In this document: positions 30,062 to 31,717 of the stretch, piece after piece
Layout: the number at the start of each line of letters is the position of its first letter
Position numbering within the stretch: the stretch's first letter is position 1
Assembly: GCA_038523235.1 (NCBI GenBank)
Contig: JBCBJQ010000067.1
Coordinates: 1-31,717, forward strand
DNA: 31,717 nucleotides
Direction of reading: 5' to 3'
From: Cyanobacteria bacterium J06626_4
GTDB taxonomy: Bacteria > Cyanobacteriota > Cyanobacteriia > Phormidesmidales > Phormidesmidaceae
Notes under the pieces: model-generated
Seen by the model: only the letters and a program-made list of their open reading frames with translations
Told to the model about the DNA's origin: nothing
Databases searched by the model: none
Translations under genes and position numbers: made by a program

Positions 30062-31198
30062 TTATGAAGATGCCGCGTCATGCGCTGTCCATTGTTGAAA
30101 CTGTGACCACTGAGTCGTGATCAATTGCTGAAACTCCTGGCAAAAGCGCTCCTCAGAAAAACGCTCGGCGTGTTGACGAATGAGAGGGGCCGCAATCGCC
30201 GTAGGGTGGTGTTCAAACTGTTCGACGGCGGCTACCAGCGCCTCCATCGTCTGTGGGGTAAAGAGCAGGCCCGTTTTGCCGTCGATCACGCTTTCAGCTA
30301 CGCCGCCTCGCCCATAGGCAATGACTGGGGCACCGGCAGCTTGAGCTTCTACGGGGGTGATGCCAAAATCCTCTTCCGCCGGAAACACGAAGGCTTTGCA
30401 GCGTTCCATGTAATCCACCACCACCGTATCTGACTGGTGTCCTAAGAACTGAATATTCGGTCGTGCGGTGCGCTCTAGGTTGGCCCGCAATTCGCCTTCG
30501 CCAATCACCACCAGGGGCAAGCCCAACTGATTGAAAGCGGCAATGGTCAAATCGACGCGCTTGTAGGGCACAAATCGCGACACGGTTAGATAAAACTCCC
30601 CGCGCGGGCGATCGGCCCGAAAGCGCTGCACCGCCACCGGTGGATAAATTACCTGGGCCGGACGACGATAGGTTTTGTGAATGCGGCGTGCCACAAAGCG
30701 AGAATTTGCCACAAAATAATCGACCCGAGGGGCGCTGGTGACATCCCACAATCGCAGGTAATGCAAAATCAATCGGGTGAGCAGACTCTTGACGCCCGTC
30801 TGCAGTCCTGCCTGCTGCAGATATTGCCACTGCAGATCCCACGCGTAGCGAATAGGCGTGTGCACATAGCTAATGTGAAGCTGGTCAGCCCGAGTCACCA
30901 CGCCTTTGGCCACGGCGTGATGGCTAGAGATAACGATGTCATAGGCTGACAGGTCAAACTGCTCGATCGCGAAGGGCATCAAGGGCAGGTATTTACGAAA
31001 CTGTTGCCGCGCCCAGGGTAAGCGTTGGATGAATGAGGTGGTGACAGGTTTGTGTTGAATGAACGATCGCAGTTCGTTGGGCAAAAAATCGACCAGACTA
31101 AATAAGTCGGCCTCGGGATACAGCTTGAGGATTTGCTCAACCACTCGTTCCGACCCGGCATAGGCGGCTAGCCACTCATGGGCGATCGCGATTTTCAT
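30062..31198 (-). CDS. Glycosyltransferase family 4 (GT-B; WbaZ-like)
   Basis: MKIAIAHEWL...GSERV, YVHTPIRYAWD, SRFVPYKRVD, EDFGITPVEAQAAG (EX7E). Confidence 0.95.
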   Translation of the reverse strand: MKIAIAHEWLAAYAGSERVVEQILKLYPEADLFSLVDFLPNELRSFIQHKPVTTSFIQRLPWARQQFRKYLPLMPFAIEQFDLSAYDIVISSHHAVAKGVVTRADQLHISYVHTPIRYAWDLQWQYLQQAGLQTGVKSLLTRLILHYLRLWDVTSAPRVDYFVANSRFVARRIHKTYRRPAQVIYPPVAVQRFRADRPRGEFYLTVSRFVPYKRVDLTIAAFNQLGLPLVVIGEGELRANLERTARPNIQFLGHQSDTVVVDYMERCKAFVFPAEEDFGITPVEAQAAGAPVIAYGRGGVAESVIDGKTGLLFTPQTMEALVAAVEQFEHHPTAIAAPLIRQHAERFSEERFCQEFQQLITTQWSQFQQWTAHDAASS

Positions 31199-31610
31199 GA
31201 CATCTAGCTGCGACAAACGACCCGGCGACGGCGTACCGTTGCCTTAGGGTTAACGATACGGTGAGCTGACGAACTCAGCTCAGATTGCCGCAATATTCTC
31301 TTAAGGCAGTCGGGGGGTGGCAGCTTTGCCTATTTGCTGTCCCTAAGCGATCGCTGATCAGTCAAATGGTTTTCAAGATGTCCGAAATCTGCCCTCATCG
31401 AATCCGCGTAGCCATAACCGTCCAGCAAGAAGCCTCTTCATTGAAACGGCAGCAGCATTCCACCTAATCACCCTCCGTAAGATGTGATTGCAACCCAGCA
31501 AAAGCCTTACAGTACAAACATTTTAATGAGCTTGCCACTCTATCGTATTAGGTAGAATGTTTCTTTCTAATAAACTATTATGCGGCAATATAACTAGGAG
31601 AAACCAGCAG

Positions 31611-31717
31611 ATGCTCACAAGCATTTTCTTGAGTCATAATCACGCTAACAAACCATTTGCAAGGAACTTGGCTCGAGACTTAGAGGGGCATGGCGTTAAA
31701 TGTTGGTGAGATGAAGC
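31611..31717 (+). pseudogene. TIR-domain protein N-terminus with in-frame TGA; runs off the window
   Basis: AGGAG at 31596-31600; MLTSIFLSHNHANKPFARNLARDLEGHGVKCW*DEA matches the bacterial TIR start IFLSH...LAxDL...GVxxWxDE; TGA at 31707-31709. Confidence 0.75.

Overview
Cyanobacterial chromosomal DNA: the HIP1 octamer GCGATCGC is frequent, psb28 and ycf3 are present, and it is moderately GC-rich, so a filamentous Leptolyngbya/Nodosilinea-like taxon is plausible (inference). Mostly housekeeping and metabolic genes (frmA-fghA, THUMP methyltransferase, nagA, psb28, MogA/MoaB, thiS-thiE, uvrB, uppS-like, gatC, ycf3, GT4), interleaved with signalling or conflict-type genes: a 5'-truncated LRR-Roc-COR protein with an EAD/Death-like tail, a FecR + CHASE2 adenylate cyclase pair, a secreted 42-aa TPR array, an HTH-STAND-TPR protein and, at the right edge, a TIR gene with a premature stop. 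The best candidate for an undescribed system is 22299-27952: the HTH-STAND-TPR gene is divergent from a di-iron ferritin-like gene, a cis-prenyltransferase and a DUF62 SAM hydrolase, with 10-bp-phased GTCG(G/A) boxes between them. Intergenic DNA holds three abutting MITE-like elements, another MITE-like element, STRR-like repeats and an exact 21-bp direct repeat. No CRISPR array, tRNA, rRNA or transposase was seen. All calls come from reading motifs by eye; no searches were run.
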